This document shows positions 62,538-64,000 of a stretch of DNA of 64,000 nucleotides, one piece after another. This DNA comes from Methanomassiliicoccales archaeon (GTDB lineage: Archaea; Thermoplasmatota; Thermoplasmata; Methanomassiliicoccales; UBA472): assembly GCA_040768245.1 (NCBI GenBank), contig JAXGNA010000004.1:42684-106683 (forward strand), read 5' to 3'. A model generated the notes under the pieces. That model was not told where the DNA came from. It saw nothing but the letters and a program-made list of their open reading frames with translations, and did no database searches. The translations under genes were made by a program, and so were the position numbers. Each line of letters begins with the position of its first letter. The stretch's first letter is position 1.

Positions 62538-62574
62538 GTTTCAATCCCCAAAAAATGGAAAGGGAAAAAGGGGT

Positions 62575-63852
62575 TTACATCTCCTTCTTTTCGACATCGA
62601 TGCAGACACCGGCAGCCACGGTCTGGCCCATGTCGCGGATGGCGAACCTTCCCAGCTGCGGGAAGTCCTTGGCCTTCTCCACGACGAACGGCTTGGTGGG
62701 CATGACCTTGACGATGGCGATGTCACCGGTCTTCAGGAAGGTGGGGTTCTCCTCCTTGACCTGTCCGGTCTTGGGGTCCAACTTCTTCTGGAGCTCGATG
62801 AAGGTGCAAGCGACCTGAGCGGTGTGGCAGTGGAACACCGGGGTGTACCCGACCGGGATGGCGGTGGGGTGGTTCAGCACCACGATCTGGCAGGTGAAGG
62901 TCTTGGCCACGGTCGGCGGGTTGTCGACCGGTCCGGCCACATCTCCCCTGTGCACATCGTTCTTGGCGATGCCCCTGACGTTGAAGCCGACGTTGTCGCC
63001 GGGCTTGGCGATGGGCAGAACCTCGTGATGCATCTCGATGCTCTTTACCTCGCCGATCTTGTTGGAGGGCATGAAGATGACCTTCATGTCCGGCTTCAGG
63101 ACACCGGTCTCGATACGGCCGACCGGGACGGTCCCGATGCCGGTGATGGTGTAGACGTCCTGGATGGGCAGGCGCAGGGCCAGGCCCTCGGTGGAGGCGG
63201 GAACCTTCAGGTTGTTCAGGCACTCGAAGAGCGTCGGGCCCTTGTACCAGGCGGTGTTGGCGCTCTTGGTCTTGATGTTGTCGGCCTTGTAGGCGCTGAT
63301 GGGAATGATCGGGATCTCATCCAGCTTGAAGCCGACGGACTTCAGGAGCTGTCCGATCTGTTCCTTCACCTTGTTGAACTGCGCCTCGTCGTAGGCCGGC
63401 TTGATGGCGTCCATCTTGTTGATGGCGATGATGATCTGCTTCACACCCAAGGTCTTGGCCAGGAACACGTGCTCCCTGGTCTGGGCCTGGGGACCCTCGA
63501 TGGCGGAGCACACCACAACGGCGGCGTCGGCCTGGGAGGTACCGGTGATCATGTTCTTGACGAAGTCCCTGTGGCCAGGGGCGTCGATGACGGTGAAGTA
63601 GTACTTGTCGGTGTCGAACCGCTTGTGGGAAACGTCGATGGTCACACCGCGCTCCCTCTCTTCCTTCAAGCTGTCCATGACCCATGCGAACTCAAAGGTC
63701 GCCTTTCCCTTCTCTTCAGCCTGCTTCTTGAACTTCTCGATCACATAGGGGTCGATGGCGCCGGCCTCCAAAAGGACCCTACCGACGGTGGTGGACTTGC
63801 CGTGATCGACGTGACCTATGAATACGATGTTCATGTGAGGTTTGTCAGCCAT
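62575..63852 (-). CDS. tuf: Translation elongation factor EF-1alpha
   Basis: [46 protein letters not shown]. Confidence 0.98.
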   Translation of the reverse strand: MADKPHMNIVFIGHVDHGKSTTVGRVLLEAGAIDPYVIEKFKKQAEEKGKATFEFAWVMDSLKEERERGVTIDVSHKRFDTDKYYFTVIDAPGHRDFVKNMITGTSQADAAVVVCSAIEGPQAQTREHVFLAKTLGVKQIIIAINKMDAIKPAYDEAQFNKVKEQIGQLLKSVGFKLDEIPIIPISAYKADNIKTKSANTAWYKGPTLFECLNNLKVPASTEGLALRLPIQDVYTITGIGTVPVGRIETGVLKPDMKVIFMPSNKIGEVKSIEMHHEVLPIAKPGDNVGFNVRGIAKNDVHRGDVAGPVDNPPTVAKTFTCQIVVLNHPTAIPVGYTPVFHCHTAQVACTFIELQKKLDPKTGQVKEENPTFLKTGDIAIVKVMPTKPFVVEKAKDFPQLGRFAIRDMGQTVAAGVCIDVEKKEM

Positions 63853-63936
63853 TTGTTTTCCCTCCAGATTTTTCCTTAAATACTATTGGTTGGTTGCCTC
63901 TCGATATTATTCATTCTATATAACCGTTTTTCATCT

Positions 63937-64000
63937 TCAGCCGGAGTAATATCCTGCGTCGTAAGGCTGGGGGTTCAGTCCCTTCCTCTTTCTGATGTCT
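63937..64000 (-). CDS. fusA: C-terminus of elongation factor EF-2 (partial)
   Basis: IRKRKGLNPQPYDAGYYSG*, directly upstream of tuf-rps10 as in the str operon. Confidence 0.85.
   Translation of the reverse strand, partial: DIRKRKGLNPQPYDAGYYSG

Overview
Core-genome segment of a high-GC archaeon, most consistent with a Methanomassiliicoccales/Thermoplasmata-type methanogen (inference from archaeal ThrRS, PolD DP2, EF-1alpha, MtxX/Mmp4 marker, tetraether synthase, a 23S rRNA gene unlinked from 16S, and a free-standing tRNA-Ala(UGC)). It holds about 58 protein genes: translation (thrS, serS, alaS, rpl10e, rps13-rps4-rps11-rpoD, fusA end-tuf-rps10, dph2, tsaC, map), branched-chain amino acid synthesis (leuA-C-D-B, ilvD, ALS, ALDC), queD-C-E, membrane lipid synthesis (tes-ferredoxin-ggr, mvk), nifB, sucCD, stress and transport genes. 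There are also one 23S rRNA and two tRNAs. No mobile element, CRISPR or integrase was seen. The most interesting signals are non-annotated regulatory or RNA features: (1) a 16-codon Ile-Ile-Ile-Val...Leu-Leu leader peptide with its own SD and complementary segments upstream of the leu operon (candidate archaeal ribosome-mediated attenuator); (2) a ~130-nt closed multi-helix RNA in the 5' UTR of rps13-rps4-rps11-rpoD (candidate r-leader); (3) a tRNA-Leu(CAA) with a 22-nt BHB intron in the D-loop; (4) a TrmB-family regulator and palindromic operator divergent from the tetraether synthase-ferredoxin-GGR operon. All calls come from reading the sequence and motif recognition; no searches were run.
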